Under the pieces are notes generated by a model. That model searched no databases, was not told the DNA's origin, and was given only the letters and a program-made list of their open reading frames with translations. DNA of 64,000 bases from Macrostomum lignano (taxonomy: Eukaryota), in NCBI GenBank assembly GCA_002269645.1, contig NIVC01000481.1:1-64000 (forward strand). The letters run 5' to 3'. A program made the position numbers and the translations under genes. Position 1 is the first letter of the stretch; every line of letters starts with the position of its first letter. This document shows positions 36,811 through 49,445 of the stretch, in pieces.

Positions 36811-37639
36811 AAAGAATGAAGCAGTAAATCAACCTATTTTGCTACACAATATTAATTTAATTAGCACGTACTTACAACAGCCCAATTCTTGTCATATAAA
36901 ATGTAACAACTCCTTCAAATTTGCTTTCTAATTGCTATTTGCCCTACTATCCTACTATCAATAGCAAAGAAGAGCTTTATATTAAAAACAATTTCAAACA
37001 CATGAAATGCATACTGCTTCCATTATGAAAATTTTGATAGATTTTGCTAGAGAAAGAAACTAATTTGAAGCAAGCATTAAAACAAATAAAATTGCAACAA
37101 ACTTCACAGATGTTATTTCATCACTTGATATTACTCATTAGAAACCTTGTATTTTACACACATTTGTACAATAATTTCGATAACATTATATAATGTGCCA
37201 ATTAATTAATATTAGTGATCACAAACTGGAATATTATATGTATATACTACTTATATTCAAATGGAAGGCGTTCATAGAGCAGCATCAGACACACGGCATA
37301 TTTATAATAATTGCAAATATGTACACAGGTACATGGCCAAAGCCAATTCGTAATGGAATGCCATTCAAACAGAAGGAAAAATTTGAGACATATTTTTGCA
37401 CCTAAAATTCTTAACAATGCGAAGAAGTCAAACATTTATAAGTGACGGTCAATAGGTAGACTAGCGCAGTCAGTTGCAAACACAAATTATTTATTTAACC
37501 TGTTTTATACGTTTTTTACCAATTCTAATTTTCAATTGCATTAATTCTGTCTACTGATTGTGTTAACCATTTGAAGTAAAAAAAACCTTACTATTGGTAC
37601 CGAGTGAGTATCAGAATTTACTTAAGAGAAAGACTTCAG

Positions 37640-38222
37640 TGCTAGAGATAGATAGTGAGAATTAGGGTGAGATAACCAATGAGATAGATGGTGAGATAGA
37701 CGGTAAGAATTAGGGTGAGATAACCGGTGAGATAGATGGTGAGATAGACGGTAAGAATTAGGGTGAGATAACCGATGAGATAGATGGTGAGATAGACGGT
37801 GAGAATTAGGGTGAGATAACCGATGAGATAGATGGTGAGATAGACGGTGAGAATTAGGGTGAGATAGATAGTGAGATGGACGGTGAGATAGACGGTGAGA
37901 ATTAGGGTGAGATAGATAGTGAGATGGACGGTGAGATAGACGGTAAGAATTAGGGTGAGATAGATAGTGAGATGGACGGTGAGATAGACGGTGAGAATTA
38001 GGGGAGATTAGGGTGAGATAGACGGTGAGAATTAATGTGAGATAGATAGTGAGATTTGGGTGAGATAGACGGTGAGAATTAGGGTGAGATAACCGGTGAG
38101 ATAGATGGTGAGATAGACGGTGAGAATTAGGGTGAGATAGATAGTGAGATTAGGGTGAGATAGACGGTGAGAATTAGGGTGAGATAGACGGTGAGAATTA
38201 GGGCGAGACAGACGGTGAGAAT
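37640..38222. repeat. 12 bp-based composite minisatellite (GATAGACGGTGAGAATTAGGGTGA...)
   Basis: Direct observation; contains about 14 TTAGGG. Confidence 0.9.
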
Positions 38223-38527
38223 AGCTTAGAACTTCATTAAACGTTGCAAGAAAAAGTAAAAATCAATCAGAGTTAAATCGCATTTTCAGTTCAAAACATT
38301 ATCCTCAGAGGGTTACAAACTTTCAGCAACAGCTTTGCAAACTAAGAATTGCTTCGAGAGAGTTATGATCGCTTCGAAAGAATAAAAAACAGTTTAGTCA
38401 TCCGAAAAAAAATATTTCGACAGGGAAACACGATTTCAATTAAAATCATAAAATTTCATGTCAATTTTTGCAGTTAATTTGTTAAAAATCATGATTTATA
38501 GACGTGGTGTCAAAATTGAGTACCCAA

Positions 38528-38832
38528 GGACAATTTTTGGTTGATTATTTGAAGGCCGATTTGAAAGCTGATTATTTAAAAGCCGAATAGAAAGTTGATT
38601 ATTTGAAGGCCGATTCGAAAGCTGATTATTTGAAGGCCGATTCGACATTTGATTTTTAGAAGGCCGAATAGAAAATTGATTATTTGAATCTGATTCGACT
38701 TTTGATTTTATAAGGCCGATTTGAAAGCTGATTATTTGAAGGCCGATTTGAAAGCTGATTATTTGAAGATTGATTTGAAAGCTCATTATTTGAAGATTGA
38801 TTTGAAAGTTGATAATTTGAAAGCTGATTTGA
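38528..38832. repeat. 27 bp minisatellite (TGATTATTTGAAGGCCGATTTGAAAGC)n, 3' of the Sxl-like gene
   Basis: Direct observation; shares the core TATTTGAAGGCCGATT with the 41378-42290 array. Confidence 0.88.
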
Positions 38833-38972
38833 AAACTTCGTTTTAACCTTGATTCTCCGAAGGCTAGTTTAAAGAAATTTTCGCAAACAATATTTAAAAC
38901 TCTTGGAACTCAGTGACTACTTACAGTAGCTAAAATTAGATATTTATATACGAATTTAAAGCGGCATTAAAA

Positions 38973-41308
38973 TCATGAATAACGAGGCTGACTATAGCCC
39001 CAGGCTCCTTGGTGGCCGGGATGCTGAAACCCGCCATGGAAATGCTGATTATGATGATGAGGCTGCTGCTGAGGCGGCATCGGCGGCTGCTGCTGAACAT
39101 ACTGAGGGTGGTGACCGTAAGGCTGGGGCTGCCGATGATAAGAAGCTGCGGGATGATGATAAAAATTCATTGATTGCTGGTGCATCTGCGGCGGAGGCGG
39201 CGGCTGGTGCTGAGGCTGGTGCTGGTGCTGGTAGTGCCCGGCTTGTGGCGCCCGCACCTTCTTCTCGTTCTGATCGGCGTAGCGAACCTGGGGAGATAAT
39301 TAGATGTGTGTGAATTATTACACATATTGAAGGCCTGGCGGCAGAGTACAGATAGGGAAAGCTAATAGAACAGTCTAGGACTATCTAGAACAGACAGCAG
39401 GATAATCACAAGGAAATATGACAGGCCAGGAAAGGAAGACGAAGAAGAGGCGAGACAGACAATACAGACAGGGAAGGAGAGGCAAGACAGTCAGGGAAAG
39501 ACAGACAAGACAGACGAAAGGATAGACAAGACAGACAGGGAAAAACAGACAAGACAGACGAAAGGATAGACAAGACAGACAGGGAAGGACAGACAAGACA
39601 GACAGGGAAGGACAGACAAGACAGACAGGGAAAAACAGACAAGACAGACAGGGAAGGACAGACAAGACAGACAGGGAAAAACAGACAAGACAGACAGGGA
39701 AGGATAGACAAGACAGACAGGGAAGGACAGACAAGACAGACAGGGAAAAACAGACAGGACAGACAGGGAAGGACAGACAAGACAGACAGAGAAGGACAGG
39801 CAAGACAGACAGGGAAGGACAGACAATACAGACAGGGAAGGACAGACAAGACAGACAGGGAAGGACAGACAAGACAGACAGGGAAGGACAGACAAGACAG
39901 ACAGGGAAGGACAGACAGGGAAAACAGACAAGACAGACAGGGAAGGACAGACAAGACAGACAGAGAAGGACAGGCAAGACAGACAGGGAAAACAGACAAG
40001 ACAGACAGGGAAGGACAGACAAGACAGACAGAGAAGGACAGGCAAGACAGACAGGGAAAACAGACAAGACAGACAGGGAAGGATAGACAAGACAGACAGG
40101 GAAAATAGACAATACAGACAGGGAAGGATAGACAATACAGACAGGGAAGGATAGACAAGCCAGACAGGGAGGGATAGACAAGACAGACAGGGAAGGACAG
40201 ACAAGACAGACAGGGAAGGATAGACAAGACAGACAGGGAAGGACAGACAAGACAGACAGGGAAAAACAGACAAGACAGACAGGGAAAAACAGACAATACA
40301 GACAGGGAAAAACAGACAAGACAGACAGGGAAGGACAGGCAAGACAGACAGGGAAAACAGACAAGACAGACAGGGAAGGATAGACAAGACAGACAGGGAA
40401 AATAGACAATACAGACAGGGAAGGATAGACAATACAGACAGGGAAGGATAGACAATACAGACAGGGAAGGATAGACAATACAGACAGGGAAGGATAGACA
40501 AGCCAGACAGGGAGGGATAGACAAGACAGACAGGGAAGGACAGACAAGACAGACAGGGAAGGATAGACAAGACAGACAGGGAAGGACAGACAAGACAGAC
40601 AGGGAAAAACAGACAAGACAGACAGGGAAAAACAGACAAGACAGACAGGGAAAAACAGACAATACAGATAGGGAAGGACAGAAAAACTCAGAAATAGACC
40701 TCTCCCTAATGGAAAGATGCATATTTAAAAGAGCAACCAGAATCATATTTTCTATGTTTCCGCAGAAAAAAAACGGCTATTAATAAATATTGAACTAGTG
40801 TCACCTGTATTGGCAAAGAGTCCGAGTTAGGCCAGGGTTTCCCATTCATCGAATTCATAGCCTGCTCGGCAGACGACCTGGTCTCGTACAGACAGAATCC
40901 CACACCCCGACAAGCTCCATTGGGATCTAGCAGCGCTTTGCAATTAATAACCGATCCGTATTGATCCAGCACGGATTGCAGCGCTTCCTGAGTCAGCCAA
41001 GACGGCAGATTCGATAAGCGCAGCTTACAATTTCTAGTTTGATCGCTGCGCAATCGAGCAAATGCCACTTTAAGCGTTTTATTGCCAACTTGTCGGCGAT
41101 TGACAGCCGCAATGGCCTGGTTAGCCAGCTCTTGAGTGTCGTATTCGCAAAATCCGTAACCGTAGCTATAGCCTGTGGCGTTGTTGCGACAGATTTTTAC
41201 AGATTTAACTCCGGGTACTTCGCTATCGAATATCTGTCTTAATTGTTCGTCCGTCATGTCTTGGGGTAGATAGTTGACAATTAAGTTTGTGTCGGAGTAT
41301 TGAGCCAT
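38973..41308 (-). CDS. Sxl: Sex-lethal-like (ELAV/Sxl family) two-RRM RNA-binding protein with a His/Gln/Pro-rich tail, about 272 aa; exons 41308-40805 and 39287-38973
   Basis: TNLIVNYLPQDMTD and TGYSYGYGF are Sxl-type (ELAV/Hu has PQNMTQ and GQSLGYGF); linker LKVAFAR; RRM2 RGVGF; the phase-0 splice gives LPIQ/VRYAD; no third RRM. Orthology needs a phylogeny. Confidence 0.8.
39410..40680. repeat. About 26 bp minisatellite (GACAGACAAGACAGACAGGGAAG[G/A]A)n filling the Sxl-like intron
   Basis: Direct observation; accounts for the 411, 446 and 382 aa Cys/Leu/Ser ORFs. Confidence 0.95.
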
Positions 41309-41377
41309 GCTTAACTTTTTGAACACTGTTGTCTTGTTTTTAAGCTATTGCACTGGTATTTGTTGAATCAGAAATGT

Positions 41378-42290
41378 TTGAGGGCCGATGGTTAAGCCCG
41401 ATTATTTGAAGGCCGATTGTTCAGCCTGTTATTTTTAGGCCGAGTGTTCAGCCTGTTTATTTGAAGGCCGATTGTTCAGCCTGTTATTTTAAGGCCGAGT
41501 GTTCAGCCTGTTTATTTTAAGGCCGAGTGTTCAGCCTGTTTATTTGAAGGCCGATTGTTAAGCCTGTTTATTTGAGGGCCGATTGTTCAGCCTGTTTATT
41601 TGAGGGCCGATTGTTCAGCCTGTTTATTTGAAGGCCGATTGTTCAGCCTGTTTTTTGAAGGCCGATTGTTGAGCCCATTCATTTGAGGACTGATTGTACG
41701 GCCTGTTTATTTTAAGGCCGAGTGTTCAGCCTGTTTATTTTAAGGCCGAGTGTTCAGCCTGTTTATTTGAAGGCCGATTGTTAAGCCTGTTTATTTGAGG
41801 GCCGATTGTTAAGCCTGATTATGCGAGGGCCGATTGTTCAGTCTGTTTATTTGAAGGCCGATTGTTAAGCCTGTTTATTTGAAGGCCGATTGTTAAGCCT
41901 GTTTATTTGAAGGCCGATTGTTAAGCCTGTTTATTTGAGGGCCGATTGTTCAGCCTGTTTATTTGAGGGCCGATTGTTCAGCCTGTTTATTTGAAGGCCG
42001 ATTGTTAAGCCTGTTTATTTGAAGGCCGATTGTTCAGTTCGTTTATTTGAAGGCCGATTGTTAAGCTTTTTTATTTGAAGGCAGATTGTTCAGCCTGTTT
42101 ATTTGAAGGCCGAGTGTTCAACCTGTTTATTTGAAGGCCGATTGTTCAGCCTGTTTATTTGAAGGCTGAGTGTTCAGCCTGTTTATTTGAGGGCCGATTG
42201 TTAGGCCTGATTATTTGAGGGCAAATCGTTCAGCCCATTGATTTGAGGGCTGATTGCTAAGCCTGTTTATTTAAGGGCTGATTGTTTTTT
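41378..42290. repeat. 28 bp minisatellite (GAAGGCCGATTGTTAAGCCTGTTTATTT)n, about 70 bp upstream of the Sxl-like ATG
   Basis: About 32 units. Confidence 0.93.
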
Positions 42291-42991
42291 AGTATATTAA
42301 AAAATATTTTTAAAATATCTATATATTTCAGCATATTTCAGAGTCTGCTATGTATAGAGCTAAAGCACAAATTTGTGCACCAAGTCCTACATTTTGTTTA
42401 TTGAAATATTAGCATATAAATATAATAGAGCACTAGTACACAGTAATACTAAGAAATCTAGTAAAATTCAGATTAAATGAAAAATTAAAACAATGAATCA
42501 ATTTTTGTTGCTTTTTAGACCTTTTTAAATTTAAAAATCCATTTTATTTTAGTTCACATTGCAAATTATCAAAAATATAGGCTAAAACTTTGCAATAAAG
42601 TGCTATTTTAAATTTCAGCTATTTGTTTACTTTACTAAGACAAAATTATCTAATTGACATACATTAATCAATTAGCCTATGCCTTGAAAAAATTGTCTAA
42701 AACATATTTCATGTAGGGTATATGTAAATTATACATTTTAGGTAACCTGTTATAAGCTAAATCTTTTTGATCAGCTTTTGCTATGCACTAAATCAAAAAG
42801 TTGAGCACATTTTTTATTTATATGCACTAGAATTATCTGTCATAATGTATACCTTCTTGAATATGACATTGGGTTAAGGACTTGCTGATTCCCACAGCTC
42901 TTGCTGCTATCTAAACTCGCCCCAATGCAACCATGCCTTTTCCTCCCATTTCTTACTCTTTGGCAAAGAAGTTGTATTCCATACTCTAGAT

Positions 42992-43147
42992 TAGTAGTTC
43001 TCAACCTGAGGGTTGCATGACCATTTTCTGTGGGTTGCAACACTAAGAAATATGAGTATATCATACTTAATGATGCATTTTATTGATTATAAAAGGGGTT
43101 GTAAACATTAAAAATTAGGGTTGCCTGAAAAAGGTTGAGAACTACTG
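42992..43147. mobile_element. hAT (Charlie-like) MITE, 156 bp
   Basis: TIR TAGTAGTTCTCAACCT / AGGTTGAGAACTACTG; 8 bp TSD CTCTAGAT / CTCTACAT. Confidence 0.85.
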
Positions 43148-44504
43148 CTCTACATTATGTAGTACATGCCCAAAAATGGGTACGCATTGGCCTTGCATGC
43201 CAAAAGTTAAGCATGCACAATTGACATGCATGACTCAAAAGAAAATAGTGTGCACGCATTCCTGGCATGTACTTGATAGAATCAGGGAGAAAAGTTAGTG
43301 TTAAATAGAAAAATAAGATTAAAAGGTCATTTTCAAGCATTAATTTCAAGCTCTCCAATTTTGAGCTCATAATAAAGTATTTAAATAGTTTTTTGAGTAT
43401 AGCTATTCCCCATATAATTATAAATAGTAATAAGCAAGAAATATAATATAATAAGCAAGAAAGAAAAATGATCAACCAAATTATCTGTTAAAAGGGTCTT
43501 TTATACAATGCAAAAAAGGTCATTAACATTCAAAAAGCAAAAATGTCATTTATTCTTGCAATACTAGTCTAGATTTGAGAGTATGGGTATGCATTTAAAC
43601 TTTTTTAGCATCTATTTATTACTATTCAATTTTGTTCAAGTGTGCACCTAGCATGATCTAGACTATAAGTTATATTGCCCTTAGACATACAAATCCTAAG
43701 TATAATAGAACATGCAAACTATGCCACCTATAGACCTATCACCAAGTATATTGAATGACTAGACAAAGACAATAAATATAAGTATTAACCTTTAAAAAGA
43801 AAAACATTTTTCCAATTTTTCTTTTTTGAAAAAGCTTTACTTGCTTTCAATAGAAAACTATCTTAGTATTAAAATATTTGGTATTGCTATATCTAGCATT
43901 GGAGTGTCTTGCTTTTGACCTAATTAAGTTATTACGGTTTTCAAATTCAAAGCAAATTAAGATTCTTATAGTCTATTTATTTATGTAAGCTCACTTAGTT
44001 TATCTATGTTATGGGGCCTATCTAGGCCTACTAATTAGAAATATCAAACTAGGCCTAAGTATCAAAGAAGGAAAGCCTAGGCCTAGTCTAGTCCTAGCTT
44101 AGGCCTAAAATAATATATATCCATTCCATATAGGCCTAACATGCCTTCATTAAAGATTGAAAGATTGAAATGAAACATTTGAATGCCTAGCCTCTCTCCT
44201 ACTATTTCTTTTAAAAAAACATTATTACAAAGGCTTAGCTAGATTGGCACATGACTAAGACTAAAACAACCATATACCAAGAACACCATAGCTATTACTG
44301 GCTACTGGTATTGAGGGGAGCTACTAATCTTCTAGCACTGCTATTTCTCTCATAGGTTCCTTACTCATAGCCTTGTCTTGCTACTTGCTAGTTCTATCCA
44401 CTTAGGCCTATCTCCTCTCTAGCACTAGGCCTATCTAAGCCTAATAACACATTGAGCCAAATTTCTCTCCTAGTTTTCCTAAATGTGGTGGTCTTGGTAT
44501 ATGG

Positions 44505-45079
44505 ACCTTTTAAACTTTGTCCAACTTGGAATATTCCAACCATTATTTTAAATTGTGATATGGTTAAATTATGAGTCAGAATAAGGGGAATAATGGTTGG
44601 AATATTATGACTCTTAGGCCTAATTCCAACTAATTATTTAATATATTGCAATTAGAGTCTAAACATCATTCTGGCTTTTATTTTGACTGATTATTTAATA
44701 CATTGCAAGAGTCTGAATATTATTCCAACTCTTAATTCTTGCTGATTGTTAAATATATTGCTAGAGTCAAAATATCATTCTGACTCTTATTTTGACTAAT
44801 TATTTATTCATTTTATAGCCTATACTGCAATTATAATTGACTATAAGTATCATTTAATCATTGCAATATATTTAATAATCAGTTGGAATAAGATTCATAA
44901 TGATATTTAGACTCTTACAACATATTAAATTATAAATTAAATTAAATTAAATTATTAAATTAAATCTTTACATAGGCCTACTCGGAATATTCCAACCGTT
45001 ATTCTGACTTGTAACCACATTATGAGTTGGAATAATGGTTGGAACTTGGATTATTATGAGTTGGACAAAGTTTAAAAGG
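44505..45079. mobile_element. Foldback/MITE-like AT-rich element with internal TTGGAATA/TATTCCAA subrepeats
   Basis: 21 bp inverted repeat CCTTTTAAACTTTGTCCAACT / AGTTGGACAAAGTTTAAAAGG; no clear TSD. Confidence 0.6.
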
Positions 45080-46312
45080 TTTGTGTGTGGTGGTCATGGT
45101 CTACACCACTGACTTTTAGGCATATATTTTTATTCCTATTAGGCCCTAATGAGGTATTTTCAGTTTCCAAATAAAATACAATGTTTTGAAGGTTATTATT
45201 TACTAATAAAAATGCTTCAAAGATCAAGTATGCCCAATATTCAATACCTGATGCTATGCTATGCTATGAGTAGGCCTAAGGCAAGCCTAAGTAAGTCTAA
45301 CTGACTCTAACAGTCAGTCTGATTTTGAAAATTGGTAGAAAGTTTCACTTAATATTTTTGAAATGTGGTTGCGAGAAGCAGGCCGGTAGGCCTGGATTGA
45401 TTATTATTTTAATATACATGGTAGTCCCTAATTACCACCACGATTGTCGACCGACTCGTCAGTCGTCATGATGTCTCGACTGGGATCGGGCTCGTCCATC
45501 TTCCATCAGACAATTTCTATCCTCTTTCTAGCAATGACAACTAACTATTTGTTTACTTACAATATATTTTAAAACAATACTGAGTTGTAGTCTAATAAAG
45601 CAAAAAGAATGGTAATGTCTTTCTAAACCAAGTTAAAATCAAGTTACTTTGTTTATTCCAATACAGTTATTTTGCACAAGTAAAAAAGGCCGACTAATTT
45701 CAATTTTTACCAAAACCAAAATAAATTAACTTGGTGTAAATTATATATTGATAGTTAGCTCTAAAGACGTTTGATTGACTTTGTTGCATTATTTTAAATT
45801 GAGTTAGCATCGAGTTAGTATTCACAATTAATACTAATTAATATATTAAAATTCTATAATACTATTAATAATAATTGTAAAGTCTATTTTGATTGATAAA
45901 CAAATTTACCTGATTAAGATTTAAATTAAAATTTATCTAAAGACAGCGCGAGCGTAAATTATATGAGATATGCCTGATTTTACATGTTGTTCTTGCGATC
46001 TCGAATTTCCATATTCATCATTTGGAAAGCAGGCTAGATTTTTAAAGGCATCAATGGAGTAAGTGCTACCACATTTAGTTATAGTATGCTCTATCTGAAC
46101 TGAATGAATCGAATTGAATGACTTTATGACAGCATTATTTAGCAGCACTTTGTTTTAGCCTAATATATCCGCACATACAACTAGAAGCAAAAACAAAACT
46201 GTACAATATATGCCCCATGGCATGGATGGACATTTTTTTTATCGCATTGTGTAAAATTTGGGTCTCTTTGGTGAATGGTTCTTTTTTAACCGTTAGCCTT
46301 GCTAATCGATTG

Positions 46313-46721
46313 CATAGGCGTCGGAAAGGGGGCCAGTGGGGCCATGCCCCCTCACTTTTTAAAATGGGGGGGGGCAGTAATGGTATCTGACCCCCCACAT
46401 ATTAAATGTATAATGTAGACTCCTTGCTGCTTTGCATGAATGCATTTTGCTGCAGGGCGACAAAACATAGCGCCTGCAGCGCCAAAATGAGTGCCTGTAG
46501 CGCCAAGATGAGTGCCTGCAGCGCTAAAATGTGGGTCTGCGGCACTAAAATGAGTGCTGATCGACAAGACGGATTCTGAAAATAATCGGTACATGATAAT
46601 GTGCATTTTCCATCTAAAAAAATCTAACTCGACGGGGGCGTGCACCCTGTGCGCCCCCCCCCCTAAATCCCCCACTAAACCTGCCCCCCACCCCACTTTT
46701 TGAAACGTTCCTACGCCTATG
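46313..46721. mobile_element. hAT MITE, 409 bp, holding about 4 seed copies of the GCGCCAAAATGAGTGCCTG minisatellite
   Basis: TIR CATAGGCGTCGGAA / TTCCTACGCCTATG; perfect 8 bp TSD ATCGATTG (46305-46312 and 46722-46729). Confidence 0.92.
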
Positions 46722-46967
46722 ATCGATTGCTTGGAGCTGTTTTCATGCTTAAGTTTGACTTCTATGCATCATCGAATGGGGATTTTACATGCCTAGCCAC
46801 AGATTTTGTTTCCTCATATCTACTTGGTACTCCATCGAAGTATGCAGGTACATCTATTTCTTCTACATGTATCACATAATAACATAGCTGAGATGATAGT
46901 TGGTAAATTTACTTTGTCTTAGTAACATTACGATTCATTTTAAAGTCAGACTCGTAGCATGCAGATG

Positions 46968-47105
46968 CAGTGGCGTGGCGCAGTCAGTGGACCCGCGGGG
47001 AGACAACCCCCCCCCCCGAAATTCCGAAGAAACCCCTCTCATTACACCCCTCCTCCAGGTGCTGATCATGCCCCCCAGCGAAAAAAATTCCTGGCTGCGC
47101 CACTG
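46968..47105. mobile_element. Small hAT-like MITE, about 138 bp
   Basis: TIR CAGTGGCGTGGC / GCTGCGCCACTG; TSD-like GTAGCATG (offset by 6 nt) / GTAGCATA. Confidence 0.65.
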
Positions 47106-47859
47106 GTAGCATATTGCTACTATTAGTAGAACTAACAAGAATAATTTGTGGTGTTTTTAGCAGAAACCAGAAAAATATTTGCGGAATTATATCCTTTAAA
47201 CTTAAAATGTTATAGCGTTTAATCAAAGTACTCAATTTTATTTTAGACTTCTGGAGGATTGCTATCTTCTCAAGGATCCTGAAACTTCTGAAGGTAGCAG
47301 CTGTATCATGGTCGGTGCAAACTGCTCTGTTTGTAATAGAAGCGTTTGCATGCAAAGTGTAAGGCATAATAAATATACCAATCATTGTGCAATAAAAGTT
47401 CTCAATGTTGCTATTGACTGCTTTTATGATTATTTATGTACTATTTATGCATATAATGTATGAAATTCTCATTTCATCTACATTCAGGGTTGCTCCATTT
47501 TTTATGTTCGACGTTTCTGCCTCAGGTGTTTTGAAGATCGCATTGACGACTTCCCTGCTGAAGTTAAACAGGTACGTGTTTATAATCTGATATTATTTGC
47601 TCAGGTTTTCGCTTGATGACTCGGGTTCCACTGAAACATTTCACTTCAAAACATTGCAGGACTTCAGGAAACGAAAAGACAATTAATAAACACAGGATCT
47701 CATGCAGAATGTACTGTAAGCAATTATGTATTTACGTGGATGTGTAACCACATGATATTACACGTTATTATGGGTAGTCATTTTGCAACGCGATTGTACG
47801 CTCGTATCATTTTTCTCGTATATGAACAATTTGGAAATGTATCATCATAAATTAAAACG

Positions 47860-48365
47860 CAGTATCGAGTTGCCATTCTGGCGGGGGACACAAAGAGGGA
47901 GCGCTGGGATCTCTCCGCGACAGCACTGAGATCGCCAAGCACCACCAGGTTGTCACGCATTGCGACCGACTATAGAGCTGCTCCGACAGGAAATCAAAGA
48001 ACTCCTGTGCCTCGAGCTGATGGGCAGCTGTCGGTGCATACTGTACGCGCAGAAAAGCCGGGCGTTACGGCCTCGCAGCCTCACATCCACACACAGCAGC
48101 CGACGTGACACAGCGACACACCAGACACTCCGCTGCAACCGTGTCCGGCTAGAGCGCCGACTGCTCCACCTCCTCGAATATCCGCAGAGGTGAAAAACAG
48201 GATCCAACCGGCGCCGAGATCCTCACGTTAGAAGCCGTCTTGCGTCAGAACTGACACCTCTAGCATTACAATGTCCAGCTGCAGATCCGATGCCAGCTGC
48301 GCCAGCATTCTCCTCCAAGCAGATTTAAGAGTGCGACAGTTGATCGAGGTGGCAATTCTAAACAC
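47860..48365 (-). pseudogene. Decayed non-LTR retrotransposon (RTE/CR1-like) apurinic endonuclease fragment
   Basis: Ordered APE-like motifs across frameshifts and stops: RIATSINCRTL...LQLDIVMLE; WILFFTS...GGGAVG; RLLCVDVRL...RLFCAYS; NLVVLGDLSA. Confidence 0.75.
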
Positions 48366-49139
48366 GCTCCCTGGTACAGCTACATCAATCACAATCCCTA
48401 GCCTGACTTTGTCTTCATCATTCCCTGGGACAATTAGCTAAATTGTCTTGCTCTTTTCTTGCTGACTTTCAGGCCAAACTTTCTTGAAATTCTGTCCCGT
48501 TTCGTTGTCAGTTCCAGGAACTATTCTTCATCTTTACCAAATGCGTATACATGTATAGCTATGGCCGGCAATTTGAACTTAAGAAAATTGTTGCTTTTTC
48601 CCTCCAGGAGCTGTTTCAGTTAAAATACAGTAGTTATTAAAATACAGTAGTAGCAAACCAGCACGAAACCAAAAAAAACAGCAGCTCCAGACGACGAATC
48701 GAAAGAGAGTTTACGCATTTGTGCACGTTTCGCGCGACACTGCATGCAGTCTGATCATATCTCCAGCTCGAGCTGTCAGTCAAAGATAGGCAAACTGGCT
48801 AAATTCAGAGTTCTGTGCTCTTGTTGCTTCGCAGACAGTTGCTTTTTTAAGCATTATATTTATGCATTACTGGGCCTTGGTGGCGATAAAGACCAGTTCA
48901 TACTGCAGCTACAGAACAAAATGGTGCAGTTGGGGACCCCCAGAATTGCACGGCTGATAAGGAACTAGCTACTTCATGATAGGCTTCATGCATGGCAACT
49001 ATTATTGAGGACAGCTCAACACAACAGTAGCTTCTGTGTGTGTGTGTGTCCAAGCAATGTTTTATAGGCTTTAGCTAATGCAGTCTATTTGCTTTTTTAT
49101 AGACTGCATTTATATAGTAGCTATAAAATAATAGTAAAA

Positions 49140-49445
49140 ATAACAATAATTGATTACACCTTTGGGCCAGATGTGCAACCGACAGCTCAGCCGCAGCTAT
49201 TGCGCAGCGCATCTGAAGGCTGCGTACGGCTGTTCAGTCCAAGGACTGCTGGGGGGTCGCCACACATCCTCAATTACCCCAGCTAATGCTGGCACCCATT
49301 TTACAGCTGGGTGAACTGAAGCAATGCAGAGTTAAGTGTGTCTTGCTCAAGGACACAAATTGTTCCGAATGGGGTCGGGAATCGAACCCCCGATCTTCGA
49401 GTCGTGAATCCGACAAGGCTCTTAACCAACTAGGCTACTACCCCC
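49140..49445 (-). mobile_element. tRNA-derived CORE-type SINE
   Basis: Minus strand: A box TAGCCTAGTTGG, B box GGTTCGATTCC, then TGTGTCCTTGAGCAAGACACACTTAAC...CAGTTCACCCAGCTGTAAAATGGG, resembling the MIR/CORE domain. The 3' end is approximate. Confidence 0.85.

Noticed and set aside
38975-39313. 112 aa plus-strand Ala/Asp-rich ORF
   Set aside because: Antisense shadow of Sxl-like exon 2.
39381-40746. Cys-rich 382-446 aa ORFs resembling metallothionein or keratin-associated proteins
   Set aside because: Repeat-derived, open in all three frames, and inside the Sxl-like intron.
49370-49445. tRNA gene (minus strand)
   Set aside because: The acceptor stem is imperfect and the sequence runs straight into a CORE domain, so it is a SINE head.
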